A stretch of DNA of 63,898 bases, filler included, from Mitosporidium daphniae (taxonomy: Eukaryota), in NCBI RefSeq assembly GCF_000760515.2. It is 4 parts of 4 records of this genome, joined end to end, with 100 filler letters (N's around TTAATTAATTAA, not from the genome) between each part and the next. Parts side by side here need not be neighbours in the genome. Positions count along the whole stretch, not along the records: positions 1 to 16,727 come from NW_013546726.1; 3 more parts are not named here. One strand, 5' to 3'. The position numbers and the translations under genes were made by a program. Within the stretch, counting starts at the first letter, position 1. Each line of letters opens with the position of its first letter. Shown here piece by piece: positions 1 to 12,349 of the stretch. The notes beneath the pieces are model-generated. The model saw only the letters and a list, made by a program, of their open reading frames with translations, was not told the origin of the DNA and made no database searches.

Positions 1-181
1 TTTCTTGGCTGATCTCTGTACTTTCAGGACACGATTGGAAATACTGCCATTATTTTGGTGCAAATCCAATCGCACCAATCAATGCCAGAAATTCATTAAT
101 TCCGGTTTATAAAATCATTCATTATTTGGTCCTAACCCTTCCATAGCTAAGGATTTTAATTTTAATTTAAAATTTTAATTA

Positions 182-1183
182 ATGTCGTTGGCAGATAAAT
201 ATATCGAGGCCATACAAGGAAAGCGACATGTGACCTTTGCGGATGAGCAAACGGATTGGTCCCCCATTCAGAGGTGGCTTTCCATCAAGGATGTTAAAAA
301 GACAGAGGAAGAGCTGGGCATAACATGCCGAAGGGGCAAGTTTTCTTCCAAAGAAAATGAATGCATCCGCGAATTTGTCCAAAGCTATTTCAAGAACCGC
401 GAGGAAGAATACCAGCTTTTCATTGATCAACTTGTCACACGAAAAAACAAAATGCGGGACACAATAGGAAACATATTTGTCGAGGCAACTAAAGCACTTA
501 ATAATGGCCGACCCGTCTTTGCGGTTTATGACCACATTCGTCGTTTGTATCACCCAAATAACTATACGGGCTGGACGCCCACCGAAGACGAGCATCTTAA
601 GCGACTAGTTTCCGTACATGGTCCAAATTGGGAGCAAATTGGCCAGCAGCTGCAAAAGCTCTCCATCAACTGCCGTGACCGCTACAAGATTATTCGCCTC
701 AGCTACATTTCGGGTAAAATATTCGTCTTATTTGTAGGAAAGTGGTCCGAAGAGGAAGTAGAGCGGCTCAAAAGCATCATTTCAGAGTTAACGCGCGACG
801 GAATGCGCCCGGCCCGTGGGCTGTGGATTGTTGTCTCTGAGAGGATGCAAACAAGATCGGTTCTCCAGTGTTTTGACAAGTGGACCTCGCTTAGCTACAA
901 GAAAACGCCGCCCGTTCATTTTTGGTCACGTTTTGAGGACTTTAAGCTCATCAGTGCCATATATGAGCGGTGTTACGCAGAAGAATCGGAAATAATCTGG
1001 CGAAACCTGACAGACCCCTCCTATTCTGCTCGCACACCAACGGCATGTAGAAGTCGGTGGTTGGTCCTGAAAAAGCGGGTGCCACGACGGATGATACTAA
1101 CTGGTGATTTCGACTCGGCCCTCGAAGAATTACTTCGCCAACTTCATCCTGGCTCCTCAGATTGGGAGTCTATCCCCGAGTAA
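182..1183 (+). CDS. Myb/SANT-repeat DNA-binding protein (REB1/TTF1/DMTF1-like)
   Basis: Trp-spaced Myb repeats (WTPTEDEHLKRLVSVHGPNWEQIG; GKWSEEEVERL; WSRFEDFKL). Probable in-frame 24-nt intron at 714-737. Confidence 0.8.
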   Translation: MSLADKYIEAIQGKRHVTFADEQTDWSPIQRWLSIKDVKKTEEELGITCRRGKFSSKENECIREFVQSYFKNREEEYQLFIDQLVTRKNKMRDTIGNIFVEATKALNNGRPVFAVYDHIRRLYHPNNYTGWTPTEDEHLKRLVSVHGPNWEQIGQQLQKLSINCRDRYKIIRLSYISGKIFVLFVGKWSEEEVERLKSIISELTRDGMRPARGLWIVVSERMQTRSVLQCFDKWTSLSYKKTPPVHFWSRFEDFKLISAIYERCYAEESEIIWRNLTDPSYSARTPTACRSRWLVLKKRVPRRMILTGDFDSALEELLRQLHPGSSDWESIPE

Positions 1184-1279
1184 ATATAAAGTAGAGCGCC
1201 TGATCATAATAATGGAATAACTTAATCACTAAAGCCTTCCCCCTCCCAAAACAACGTCGCCATTAGATATTTTATAACT

Positions 1280-1909
1280 CTAGAGGGGTTTGTTGAGCAT
1301 AGCAGAGGCCCATTGGTATTGCCGTCGCATTTCTGCCATTTCAGCATCGGTAAAATCCGTCTCGATATTGAAAAGCGCTCTAATTTCATCGGGATGCTTG
1401 CCCCTGATCATAAGAGCTACCTGCTTGCATCCGAGCTCAATGGCCTCTGGAAAGTCGAGCAGATTGGCAAGATTGATAAAGTCAATAAGGGTCTGTTGAT
1501 CGAGTATATAAAAGAAATCGGAAATCCACTTGTGGCACTGAGCAGCTAGACCGTTAGGCGCTCGAGCTTCGCGTGCAATCCATGCCTCGATGAGTGGCTT
1601 GCTGCGCTTGGGCAAAGAAGCGGCTGGTGGTCCCGCATTTGGATCCTGGCTTGCAGAAAACAAGACAGATCCAAATTGGGGACCAGATGCATCTGCTCCG
1701 GCCACATAACAGATGCATCCCCGCCGTTCGTGCAGCTCGGAGGCGAACTGGAGCAGGAGTAACAAGATCGGGCTCTGCACCGCACTTAGCGGCAGGATTG
1801 CCTCTTCATCGCACGCAGAAAAGCGGCGCATTTTATCAAGAGTGCTACAATGTGCAAGAAAGAGGTCATCTACAGGGACAACCTCGCCATCTTCTGTTCG
1901 GATGAACAT
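1280..1909 (-). CDS. SKP1: Skp1 family SCF adaptor with an internal insertion
   Basis: Skp1 C-terminal signature LIDFINLANLLDFPEAIELGCKQVALMIRGKHPDEIRALFNIETDFT; POZ-like N-terminus. Confidence 0.85.
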   Translation of the reverse strand: MFIRTEDGEVVPVDDLFLAHCSTLDKMRRFSACDEEAILPLSAVQSPILLLLLQFASELHERRGCICYVAGADASGPQFGSVLFSASQDPNAGPPAASLPKRSKPLIEAWIAREARAPNGLAAQCHKWISDFFYILDQQTLIDFINLANLLDFPEAIELGCKQVALMIRGKHPDEIRALFNIETDFTDAEMAEMRRQYQWASAMLNKPL

Positions 1910-2439
1910 GAGCAGAAAATAAATTATTTAATTGGCTGTAAAATTAATAAATTATACTGCCAATTGCAGGGCTCGCACCACATTGTGGTCAATAAGCAAT
2001 TGAAAACATGCCTCTTTGCAGTCAAATGTAAGCATTTATGCAATATTTTGACGGCAGGCATACTTGGCTGCTTCCGTGGTAATCCCATCAAGGAAGAATG
2101 ACATGTCTGACCTTATTGCTAAGCGTCTGCTAATAAATAATTTGCAATGGACCAGATATTTTTAGTGCGAAAATTCAGGTCATATTGATGGCCTTTTCTA
2201 ATACCAAAGTAGCCTTTAGCCATCCACCTTCGCGTGAGAGACATTAAGAGGATGCGACACTGCATACATTTCCGATATCTTTAGCGGGCTTTTAGGGTTA
2301 GCAAAGCTATCTAAATCGACATATTTTCCAGAGCCCTGAAAACGCAAGGCTAATTTCCAGCGTTAGAGTATGGTGCCACAATGTAATGATAAATCCGTCA
2401 AGTAAAAAATTCCAAAATATTAAATTTTTATTTACTAAA

Positions 2440-3760
2440 ATGACAATCGACTATGCGTGTGGAACAGTGCTTCCTATCCTTGCAAATAAAAATATAACCC
2501 TAAGAGATATCTTGAGCGTGGGGACAACTAAACATACGCTTATATTATCAGCCATGCTTGTGGATTGGGATTGGCTATTTGAATCTGTTGGATCCATTCC
2601 AATGACAGTATTCGTCGATGGAGCGTGCGGGCTGCCTATTTCGCTTCCAAAGAACAAATGGCTGATGGGGCTTAGGCATCCAAAAAATCCAGAATGCAGA
2701 ATCTTTGCACCACCGGGTGCGCCCTACTCTAAAATGCATGCCAAATTGGCAATTGTACTGATGGAATCCTTCATTCGCATAATGATCACGTCGGCAAATT
2801 TGGTGCAGGGAGATTGGGAAGAGCGGTCTAACATTGCCTATATTCAGGATTTTCCGGCTTCAGATTCTCCCTGTGGGGGAGACTTTGGCATTTCTTTATG
2901 TCAGATTTTGAAATCAATGGGATTGTCTGCAGAGTTACTAGATCGGATACAAAATAATTACAACTATGGAAAAGCACTGGTAATTTTCGAGCTTACTAAA
3001 CTCCTGATGATAGGGCCACCTTATTGCTTCTATTCCCGGATCATATTTGGCAAACTCGGAGGCCGAGTCCACTCTTGGCTTGGGACGACTCTCGTATTTG
3101 AGTTCAAATTTACTTTCTCCCTCGGAAAAGTCGAGTTCGACGATTTCTCTTGAGTATCAGGTAGTTTTAAATCGGCAATTTTGTACCCTAGTGTTCATCA
3201 ATTGGGCCATATACCGCTGCATGGCTTGAAAATCTTTTTGGTCTCCTTTCGGGACCATATAGGTCCAAATCAAAAAAGGGCATCCTTAAGCTCGTTTATC
3301 CAAGCGAGGCATCCGTCATTCAATCAGAAATCGGGGCCATGGTAATAACGATGATGGCAATCTTATCAACTTTAGGGGTTTACCTCGCTGTTTTGCTCGT
3401 CAAAATCTTGGGCCTCCGATGAATTTCCAGCAAACTCAATGTACCAAGTACAGCCGATATACTCTGTTTATTCGCTCCATTCAAAAGTAACTTGCAAAAG
3501 CCACTAACCACAGATCATGACGGTGGAAAGCGAGACTGGACGTGTCCTTTTCACGTATATCGGCTCGCATAATTTCACTCCAGCTGCATGGGGTACTTTT
3601 GGTCGATTTAACTGCTTTAGGGAGAATTTCCGGAAAATCGACCGTTATTAAAAATTGGGAATTGGGCATCATTTTTACTGCAAATGTTGCCATTCCCTAT
3701 ACATACTTGAGACCGGCACAAAAATATCTACCAAACGACAAGCCTTGGATGCAATTTTAA
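2440..3760 (+). CDS. TDP1: Tyrosyl-DNA phosphodiesterase 1 (multi-exon)
   Basis: MHAKL..ITSANL, LIASIPG and YQ|CSSIG (restored by introns 2980-3013 and 3161-3191), a second HSK|IM motif, and KNWELGIIF. Confidence 0.85.
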
Positions 3761-3804
3761 TTTTATTAATTTTTATTGTTTACAGCTTAGCTGCTCCGAT
3801 ACTG

Positions 3805-4686
3805 CTAAGGGGGGTTTGTGGAGGTCTCCATGTTTTGCTCCATCAGCTTGCATGAAGAAATGAGTTGCGATATCCGTTTATAGTCAAAATCCTTTGCTTT
3901 TTTGGAATTTTCTGACGATAATTCCAGTAAAAACCCAACAACATCTCCAATTTGACACATTTTTTGCCCATAATTGGCGACCGAATTTTCCAACAAAAGC
4001 TTCTGCTCCAAAGTCAGCTCAATGGAGAGTGCAGCCATTCCCAGCAATGCGCCATTGGTTTGAGAAAGCCACCATCCCGGTGCCAAATGGTAAACCAAAG
4101 CAAGCCTTTCTAGCGTTTTTGCGTGGATATCAAAAATAGTGGGATATGTGGGTGCCAATATCAGGGAAAATCCATAAAGAACATCATAGAATAGCTCGAC
4201 CCTAAATTGGAACTCCAATGTGTTAGCAAGGTCAATTTCCAGCTGGAACAGGCGATCAATAGGGGGAAGCTTAGAGGCGCTTGCCTGCCCGATTTTGGCA
4301 AGGATATCCTCCAATGAGATGTGGACGTTTTCAACCTTTGCTGCAAGGAAAAAGCAAACAAGAGAAATGGCCGCCCCATCATACTCCATCAGCGTCCATT
4401 TTTGGTGGTAGAATCTGCAAAAATAAACAACAGCAACGAACTAGTCAATGTGAATACGTATCTCATTACTGGAACGGAGGGCGGGCCATTAAAAAACTTG
4501 GCCAGCTCAAACGTCTTTGCTTGGTAAAACAGCAGCATTTTGTCATGTTCCTCAAGCGTCGGAAAAGTGAGCGATAGACCAGGATTTTCGGATTGCAATC
4601 TCTACGAGGGTATAACGAAGGGCCACTACATTTTGGGACACGATGTAATCGATGCGGCTCGAGTACCATTGTGCGCGTTCGTCCAT
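3805..4686 (-). CDS. CCL1: Cyclin H/Ccl1 (CAK/TFIIK cyclin), 3 exons
   Basis: Splicing two ~29-nt introns gives YFCRFYHQKWTLMEYDGAAISLVCFFLAAKVEN, matching the cyclin H box. Confidence 0.75.
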
Positions 4687-4710
4687 GAAAATAAAATTCA
4701 AATAAACTTT

Positions 4711-5886
4711 TTATTTTTGATCAATTCCCAGAACCTCTGGATGCTTGAAGAGAAGGAAATAGTGCAGGCACTCGAATCCAACCTCGATGCAAATCAGCGC
4801 TATAATCATCACCTCAAGAAAGTGTGAATGGTTTTCCACAAGTGTGGTTCGCAGAAGGCCTGTAATTTCACCAGCATAGTCCATTTTCTTGTTCAACTGC
4901 GAAATTCGGCTTGGTGCCTCCAGATACGAAGATATTTTGTTGTAAATTGTCAACAATGAGGAGGAGTCCCAAAACAAGTCGGGGCTTGAATCCGTCAATT
5001 GAAGGCGGGAGTGGTACAAATTTAACTGACCGCGGCAATATATCATCTGGCCCAACGCCTTCAGAGCATCTGTTCGCTTCATTTTGCCAAACGTGCCGGA
5101 AAAGGCCAGCTTCATCGCCAAGTCGCGGTGCTTACATTCGGTCAAGTAGTCGTTAAGCAGATGTTCCAAAAATCCGAGCCTTACAGAGCGAGCAAGTGCA
5201 TAGGAAATTGAGACCCGCTCCAGTAATAAAAAGTCGTGGTCACTCGAAGTCGCCAGGTCCTTGATTGACTTTTCGCTTCTAATGGACGATGAGAGCGTAA
5301 TGATGTCGTTGTTTGTATTTCCTTCAATCGAACTGGCTTCCTGTTCATTTGCCGATGCAGGAAACGCGCTCAAAGAAAAGACAACATTAATGCCATCAGC
5401 CTCCATTGGGCTACAATTAAGCTTGGAAAGGATATCTGAACAGGGAAGGAACGAAGACCGGACCATTGATCTCTGCAGCTGGCTATCGATTTTTTGCGTA
5501 TTTTGCGGAGAAAAAAACATTTTCTTTCGCTGGAATGGAGTGAAAATCTGGAGAAGGGATTGAAGAAAATCCGGCCTCATTGACTCCAATTGCCAAGTAA
5601 CCATGCACCCTGCACTGAAGATAAATATTCCGGAAAACGGCGTTTTTCTGCATGCTTCGTTGATCAGCAAGATGTCCTGGGAAATCAACTTTGCACAAAA
5701 GAGGGATGGGCTTTTCGATGCTATTGCTTCGCTGATTTCCGGGATCTGGAAACTTTCTGCCATGCAAAATGCCTGCACTTTTATTGGAGATGTCGTGTAT
5801 TGCACATCGATGGACGAATACAGCCGACGATTAGCAACAAGATCGAACCGGCCCGCATATTTTCTTATGCTGCTGGCGTATAACAT
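4711..5886 (-). CDS. DUF155/RMND1-like mitochondrial protein
   Basis: ISYALARSVRL, PDLFWD, RISQLNKKMDY and HSHFLEVMIIALICIEV motifs; basic presequence-like N-terminus. Confidence 0.8.
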   Translation of the reverse strand: MLYASSIRKYAGRFDLVANRRLYSSIDVQYTTSPIKVQAFCMAESFQIPEISEAIASKSPSLFCAKLISQDILLINEACRKTPFSGIFIFSAGCMVTWQLESMRPDFLQSLLQIFTPFQRKKMFFSPQNTQKIDSQLQRSMVRSSFLPCSDILSKLNCSPMEADGINVVFSLSAFPASANEQEASSIEGNTNNDIITLSSSIRSEKSIKDLATSSDHDFLLLERVSISYALARSVRLGFLEHLLNDYLTECKHRDLAMKLAFSGTFGKMKRTDALKALGQMIYCRGQLNLYHSRLQLTDSSPDLFWDSSSLLTIYNKISSYLEAPSRISQLNKKMDYAGEITGLLRTTLVENHSHFLEVMIIALICIEVGFECLHYFLLFKHPEVLGIDQK

Positions 5887-5946
5887 GAAAATTTTAAGTT
5901 TAGGGTTGCATTAAGCGAGCGGACATATTAAACGGCCCGTCGTTTA

Positions 5947-7620
5947 TTATTTCAACAAACGGAGATCGAGATCGTTGTTTTGAGGCAGGGTTTGACGGGC
6001 ACCAATTTTATCACACAAGACTTGGAGCAGAGAATTTTTAAGCTCATCTTTTGACTGCCCCACAATGACATCTTTTGCCGAAAATAGAACCACTTGAAGC
6101 TGTCTTACCTTGACGTCCGGGTGTAACGCCATCTTATCCATGAAAATGGGCAAATTTACTGCAGTAGAGGTCTTCAAGTCTGTCTTGTTCAAAACAACAA
6201 TGGAGGGCCGATCTAGAAGCGACGCATCGTATGATTTCAATTCATTTCTTATGACCTCAAAATCTTGAAAGGGATCTTTTGAGCAAATATCGACCACATA
6301 TGCAATGACCTTGGATCGATAGACATGCTTTAAAAAGGCATGTCCAAGCCCAATATTTAGGTGCGCTCCCTCAACAAGTCCAGGAAGATCTGCTATCTTC
6401 AGCGGCATATCTTGATAGTTCTCATTTGCCGGCTGCAACACGCCCAAATTCGGGTGAAGCGTAGTAAAGGGAACCGGCGAAATTCGTGGTCGAGCATTTG
6501 TGAGCGACGCTAAAATAGATGATTTTCCAGCATTTGGCATTCCAACGAGCCCAACATCTGCAATCGTCTTCAAGTCGAGCTGCAAAAAAACAGAAGATCC
6601 AAGATAGCCCGCTTCGGTCTCGTTGGGCGGGAATTTGCCGAGGTCCTTGTTTCCAAGCCCGCCTCGACCGCCACTTGCAACTTTGACCAGCATTTTTGGC
6701 CGCTCCATATCAATTTGGGCTATCAGAGAAAGTCTGCTCGCTTCGTATTCAATCGACTTTTTTTTCATAATTTTCGAAAGAGACGAAATGCCATCCCTGG
6801 CCACGGCATTAATGTCTGATGAGCTCAGAATGGTATTGAGGGCATGGTCTGCAGATGCCTGCGATGCGAGCGATTGCGGCCTATTGGCATCCTCAAATCG
6901 AAGCAGCGAAATTAGCGTCCCCACGGGCACCCTGATGATGATGTCTTTTCCTGCCCTTCCGGTGCACATGTTTTGGCCTCCGTTTTGCCCGTTTTCGGCC
7001 CTGACGTTTCGCGCTATTCGAAAATAAGAAGAGATATTTGGATCTGTCTTTAAATAAACATTTCCACCAGGACCGCCATTTCCGCCGTTTGGTTTTCCAA
7101 AGCCGGAGCGACCTGGGTGGCCAAATCCCAACCTTCCATTTCCACCGGTCCCGCCGACACATTTGATTCGGATGGTATCGAGAAATCGGGATCCCTTTCT
7201 CATTTTGTAAAAAAGCAATCTCTCTGAAAGAGAAGTGCGCCGAATAGACCGTTCCGAAATAAATGGGACAATGGATTTGGTTTTGCGAAGTGCTGAAGCC
7301 GCAGCGGCAACCTGACGAATGTCGGCTTCCGTGATGGGCCGAATTGCTCGACCTCTTTCGTTGGCAGGGATGTTGGTGAGATTTTCCTTGGATTCGGCCT
7401 GGGCATGGTGCGTATACTCGTATTTATGCCCCTTGACAACGGTGCACAAGTCAAATGACATGACATCTCCGCCGGATATCTTTTTACCGGGATTATCTGA
7501 TGAGCCTGTTGCTCGAATCGATTTTTTGTATATTTTCCTCTTATATGAGGAAGGAGTGGAGGAAAACATTCTGGATACCCATGATTTAACGGTGGGCCGC
7601 ATGTAAAAAGTACATGGCAT
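5947..7620 (-). CDS. MTG2: Mitochondrial Obg-family GTPase
   Basis: Gly-rich Obg fold (GGTGGNG, GGNGGPGG); LKTIADVGLVGMPNAGKS, PFTTLHPNLG, DLPGLVEGAH, NKTD. Confidence 0.9.
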   Translation of the reverse strand: MPCTFYMRPTVKSWVSRMFSSTPSSYKRKIYKKSIRATGSSDNPGKKISGGDVMSFDLCTVVKGHKYEYTHHAQAESKENLTNIPANERGRAIRPITEADIRQVAAAASALRKTKSIVPFISERSIRRTSLSERLLFYKMRKGSRFLDTIRIKCVGGTGGNGRLGFGHPGRSGFGKPNGGNGGPGGNVYLKTDPNISSYFRIARNVRAENGQNGGQNMCTGRAGKDIIIRVPVGTLISLLRFEDANRPQSLASQASADHALNTILSSSDINAVARDGISSLSKIMKKKSIEYEASRLSLIAQIDMERPKMLVKVASGGRGGLGNKDLGKFPPNETEAGYLGSSVFLQLDLKTIADVGLVGMPNAGKSSILASLTNARPRISPVPFTTLHPNLGVLQPANENYQDMPLKIADLPGLVEGAHLNIGLGHAFLKHVYRSKVIAYVVDICSKDPFQDFEVIRNELKSYDASLLDRPSIVVLNKTDLKTSTAVNLPIFMDKMALHPDVKVRQLQVVLFSAKDVIVGQSKDELKNSLLQVLCDKIGARQTLPQNNDLDLRLLK

Positions 7621-7848
7621 TCGTTCGATGGCAAGTGGCTAAACGGAGATATCCAGAAAATTTTGTACCAACTTGCTCTTGTTTTCACCAATTAATTTAT
7701 TGCAATTTTCGCCAATTTCAATGCACACAAGGTGTCATTGTTGAGGACACCATGGCCAGCTTGCAACATTACAAACCACACGCGAAACACTGGCATTAAT
7801 GGATGCCCATACCATGGAGAGAGGGTATTTATTTTTAAAGTTAAAGGG

Positions 7849-8903
7849 TTAGGGGTGGTCTAGACCGGAGGTCAATATGGAGGCCAGACATTCCGAAAAA
7901 ATGGGATTTTCTCTGATCCTGGTATTGAAGGTATCATAGTTTCCGCACAATAAAATGTGTGATACAAACTTGTACAGCTTTGGAAATAGTTTGGTCGTGG
8001 GAACACACGCGCATGGATTCGACTCGAATACAAACTGGTACATTGAGGTGAGAATATAGTCCTTCCACACCGTGCAGAACACATCGAAAGTGTTAGCAAC
8101 CAGGGCACTATGGAAATTAAACAGAGATCAAGTGGCCGTACCTTTTGAAGATGTTGTCCAATTCTTCGTCCGTAGCACTCAAATGGCGGTTACAATATAA
8201 AAGTTGGCTCAACTCCACGCTTGAGGGTCTGTGTTGTTGTAAAACGTCCTCAATTAAAGCACTAAAGCGTTCAAAGGAAACGCATTCAATATTCTTGCAA
8301 GCAAAATCTCTAATATTAAAAGCCAGCGCATACATACATTGGAGTGATCGCATCAACGGAGGCGATTGTTTGCAACAAGCTAAATTTGATAAGATGGTCC
8401 TGAAACATCGACAACAGATAAACGCTGCTTTTGAATTGGTCTTCGTTTGGCTCTAACCCATAATTTGTCTTTAACTCGCAAAGATATTGTTCTCTGTTTA
8501 AAATTGAATATATCGGAAGGATGTGCGTAAAAATATATGGGGGGAAGATGAGAACCGTGATCAGCTGCTTCAAAACCAATAGCTGAAGGTCTTCCATTAA
8601 GGGGCCCACTGGCTTATTTGAAGATTGTCTTTCCTTAATAAGGATCTTCAAAGCCTCTACATCAAAGTTTTCCGCTATTTGCTCTTTAAGAAGCTTGAAA
8701 TGCACCAAATGATTGGAGGAGAACATATTCAAGATGCGCTTATATCGGTCTAATAGGACTTGCTTGGAGACTTCAGATGGCGCAGTTATGCTTTTTACTA
8801 AAAACGACTCGGACAGAAACTTTGGAATGATACTAAAGAGTCCAGAGGCAATGGTGAACACAATTGATGGGTAAACTATCCATGGTTTATAAAACACGGC
8901 CAT
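7849..8903 (-). CDS. PEX3: Divergent peroxin-3-like protein, 3 exons
   Basis: N-terminal TM segment; LKEQIAENFDVEALKILIK..MEDLQLLVLKQLITV resembles the Pex3 core; spliced C-terminus VPTTKLFPKLYKFVSHIL..FSECLASIL resembles the Pex3 end. Confidence 0.65.
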
Positions 8904-8918
8904 AAAATTGAAGTTCAA

Positions 8919-8973
8919 TTTGAAATTAGTTTGAAATTAATTTGAAATTTGTTTGAAATTTTAGTTTGAAATT
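8919..8973. repeat. Five copies of TTTGAAATT, four at 11-bp spacing, filling the PEX3/ERCC8 divergent promoter
   Basis: Copies start at 8919, 8930, 8941, 8952 and 8965. Confidence 0.85.
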
Positions 8974-8986
8974 TGTCTTCACATGC

Positions 8987-10229
8987 ATGCATTTTGACAA
9001 CAATATTTTCCTCTCGCATTTGTTCCTCAATTCGATTTGTGAAAACGCGAATGGCAGGGATCGGATAGTAAAAAGCATACATTCCTCATTCAATCTTTGC
9101 AAACGGAGGTCTTTTTCCAACGGAATTTCGTTTTTTACCACCATGAAGGTTGATTTGAATGACAATTCCAAGTTGCTTTTGGGATCGCGTAATTGCGGCG
9201 TCTCTTTGGTTGATCTTAGCCCCATATATTCGCCTCCAAAGCTGGTCGCCAATGAGTACATATATCCAGAAAATAGCCGCCACACATGCACCTCTGTTGA
9301 TTGGTTTTATGATTCCCAAATTTTTTTTACTGCAGATACCAATGGTCGATTGGTGGTTTGGAATAGTCAATCCTTTGTGGTACCGTTACCATCGTATTTT
9401 CACGCGTAGCCTGAATTTTCTTTTTTTCCATTTGGCGACCATGAGCATGGCAATGGCCATGCCGAGCGTGCCTTTTTATATGAGGCGTCCATGATATGCT
9501 CGGCTTGCCAAATGCCGGGCGAGGCCATTTTTTCTGTCATCACGGGTTCATATGCATCGCCGTGTGTTAAAATTTGTGACTTGAGGACGGGATCTTCGAC
9601 CCATCTATTAAAAGGTAACTGCCAACGGTGCGTCAATTTATAGGTCATAAGGGTGGGATTACAAATGTTTCGTATAAACAAGCATCTGCTTTTGAATGCG
9701 TCTCTTCGAGGTTGCATTTGTGGTTTAATATTTAGTCTAGATGGGACGGTTCGTCTATGGGACATAAGAAAACCATCCGCACTTTCCATCTTTAAGCGAT
9801 ACGCACGCGATCAAAATATTTCAAACCATTTCCCCACTTCGTTTTGTTTCAGCTTGAACATGCCGTGCCGGTTATTCGTCATTTATAGCAATGGAGACAT
9901 CGTAACGTGGGATACGCAGACCGGAAAAAATGTACATTTTCTATTTTGACGCCTTTTAGAGCGTCATATTTACAAGTGAAGCTGATGCAAGCTTGTCGTA
10001 TTACCCACCAAAAATACAGACTTCCCCTTTGGATGATGGCATTATAATACATTCAAACAGGTCTGTATTGGACATTCGGAACTCCCAAACTGGAGATCGG
10101 ATAAGCTCGCTTCGGCTCGGCCATACAGGATCCATTACCTCCTTTACCATGAACGCCAAATACGACGAGATTTATTCGGCCTCGCTGGAGGATTCTAAAT
10201 TTTGCACCTGGAAATTCGTTAAGGACTAG
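8987..10229 (+). CDS. ERCC8: WD40 protein, ERCC8/CSA/Rad28-like (multi-exon)
   Basis: SVDWFYDSQIFFTADTNGRLVVWN, VKICDLRTGSSTHLLKG|H and DGTVRLWDIRK. Confidence 0.7.
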
Positions 10230-10390
10230 CCTGTTTGTATATACAAAGTTTCCACGGCTCCCTCTTTTTGTCCTCAAATCGGCAGTTTTGAGTGCATGTC
10301 AATAAAAGAGCAGATGATTGACGGCCAAATGGGGATCGCCGTCCTATCTTTTAATTTCAATGTATCTGCAGATTTTATATTTTAATTTCA

Positions 10391-10688
10391 ATGTCTGCCG
10401 GTGCTTGGAAAGAGCTGGGCATCACGTATGTATCGTTTTTGATTATATAAAGATATCTTCAATATTTGGAGCTATGTTCAAAAACTCTTCGAGGGTGCCT
10501 TAAACCAGAGCTGATGGCCGCTGCCATTCGTAGAGGCGAATCGATTCTCAAGTTCTCCAAATGGGAGTCCGGCAAGCAAGGGGAGCTCAGTAGCAAATTT
10601 TGATATTTTTATTCCGTTAGAAATTGTGCCAAACATTACATCAGAAGTGGCTAGAAAGAATGCAGCCTCCGGTTCGACCGACAATTAA
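10391..10688 (+). CDS. ATP15: Mitochondrial F1 ATP synthase epsilon subunit (not in ORF track)
   Basis: Removing introns 10426-10452 and 10590-10620 gives MSAGAWKELGITYLQYLELCSKTLRGCLKPELMAAAIRRGESILKFSKWESGKQGE. Confidence 0.9.
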
Positions 10689-10795
10689 ACAACGAGCCAA
10701 GGCAGATGGCCGCTGCATGTTTACTCAGTTAAAATTTAAAATTTAAGTATTTTGATATTACATTGGGGGCATTAAATTTTTCATAAACGCCCAAA

Positions 10796-10877
10796 GTAAG
10801 TTTTGTTCTTGTCAGCAATGTCTTGATTTCGGATCATTTTAATCCATTGAATCTGCAGCTTTTAACACAGTTTCTAG
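10796..10877 (+). other. Probable 82-nt 5'-UTR intron abutting the RACK1 ATG
   Basis: GTAAGT donor, TTTAAC branch-like motif, TTTCTAG immediately before the ATG. Confidence 0.65.
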
Positions 10878-11883
10878 ATGGAAGCACCCATTGAATTTAG
10901 CAACTCGGCAAATATTTCCCTATGTGGAACCCTTAAGGGACACACAGACTCCGTAACGGCCATCGCCTGTCCAACACGTCCAGATGCAAACTACGTCGTT
11001 TCTGCATCCAGAGATAAGACCGTGATGATTTGGAACTTAACCCGCAATATGGAAAATTACGGAGTTCCAAAGAAGGCCCTCAAGGGGCATAACCACTTTA
11101 TCCAAGACATGACTCTGTCCCCGGATGGCGAGTATGCACTGACCGCCTCGTGGGACAAGACCCTCCGCCTTTGGGATCTCAACGTCTGTGCGACAACTTC
11201 GACTTTTGTCGGACATAAACACGTAAGATTGTTCCTTTTTATTCCCTCCTCTTCGATAGGATGTAATGACGGTCTCCTTATCTCCTGATAACCGCCAAAT
11301 TGTGTCCGGTTCTCGCGATAAGAGCATCAAGGTGTGGAACATAAAGGGAGAATGCAGATACACCATCGATGATGCCCACTCCGAATGGGTTTCCTCTGTT
11401 CGTTTCTCTCCAAACGCAGCAAATCCGCTTCTCGTTTGTTGCGGTTGGGATAAGGTTGTAAAGGTGTGGGACACCACCTCCATGAAGCTTACGGCCAACC
11501 ATCTCGGCCATTCTGGCTACATTAACACCTCCATGATTTCACCTGATGGTTCTCTCTGCGCCACCGGTGGAAAAGACGGTAAAGTTATGCTTTGGGATCT
11601 CAATGAGCGTCAATTTTTATACTCCCGAGATGCTGGTGATGAGATCAATGCCCTTGTCTTTTCGCCATCTCGCTACTGGCTTACTGCGGCCACTGCATCT
11701 GGAATCATGATTTGGGACTTGGAAACCAAGAATTTGGTTGCCGAACTCACTGCTGAATTCCCATCGCTTGGGCCAAAGTCCATTGCTCCCTCGTGTGTTT
11801 CTCTGGCCTGGAGCGCTGATGGAACCACCCTTTACTCCGGATTCACTGATGGAATCATTCGTGTGTACCAGGTCAATGCTTAG
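10878..11883 (+). CDS. RACK1: RACK1/Asc1/Cpc2 40S ribosomal WD40 protein
   Basis: Highly conserved sequence; intron 11223-11259 restores [24 protein letters not shown]. Confidence 0.97.
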
Positions 11884-12349
11884 GCTATTTATAGCGGTTA
11901 ATAAACGCACTTCCTGTCAATAACCCCAATTTTACCATCCTTAAGTGAAGTTCATCCAGTGTGTTGATGGTGGAAAATGTGCTGTCCTTTCACCGTGCTT
12001 TGTGTGCGCGTCTGATGTCGATGCATGTACACAAAATGCGGCCATCAGAAAAATCGTTATCCACAGCTTAAAGGGCCAATCTTCCGTCTTTCGGCATCGT
12101 AACACGTTGTTGCAAAGTTTACAAGGTTTGTGATGGCGATATATGCAGCCTACACAGGTTTCGTTGACAGCCATCAATTCAAGTACTACATGGCGATGGG
12201 GAACCCGTTTGCGTTTTTACAGTGCGAATGTGCGCTTATTCGGTTGACGTCTTAATTTGGCACTTTCTATCAAAGTTTGATCAGTGGCCCCTATCAAACA
12301 ATTCATAATACGTTGTAATGGTGATGCAATTTTTATTGTTTCCTCAGAA

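Noticed and set aside
11223..11259. U24/snR24 snoRNA in the RACK1 coding intron, as in yeast
   Set aside because: The intron is only 37 nt and has no C/D boxes.
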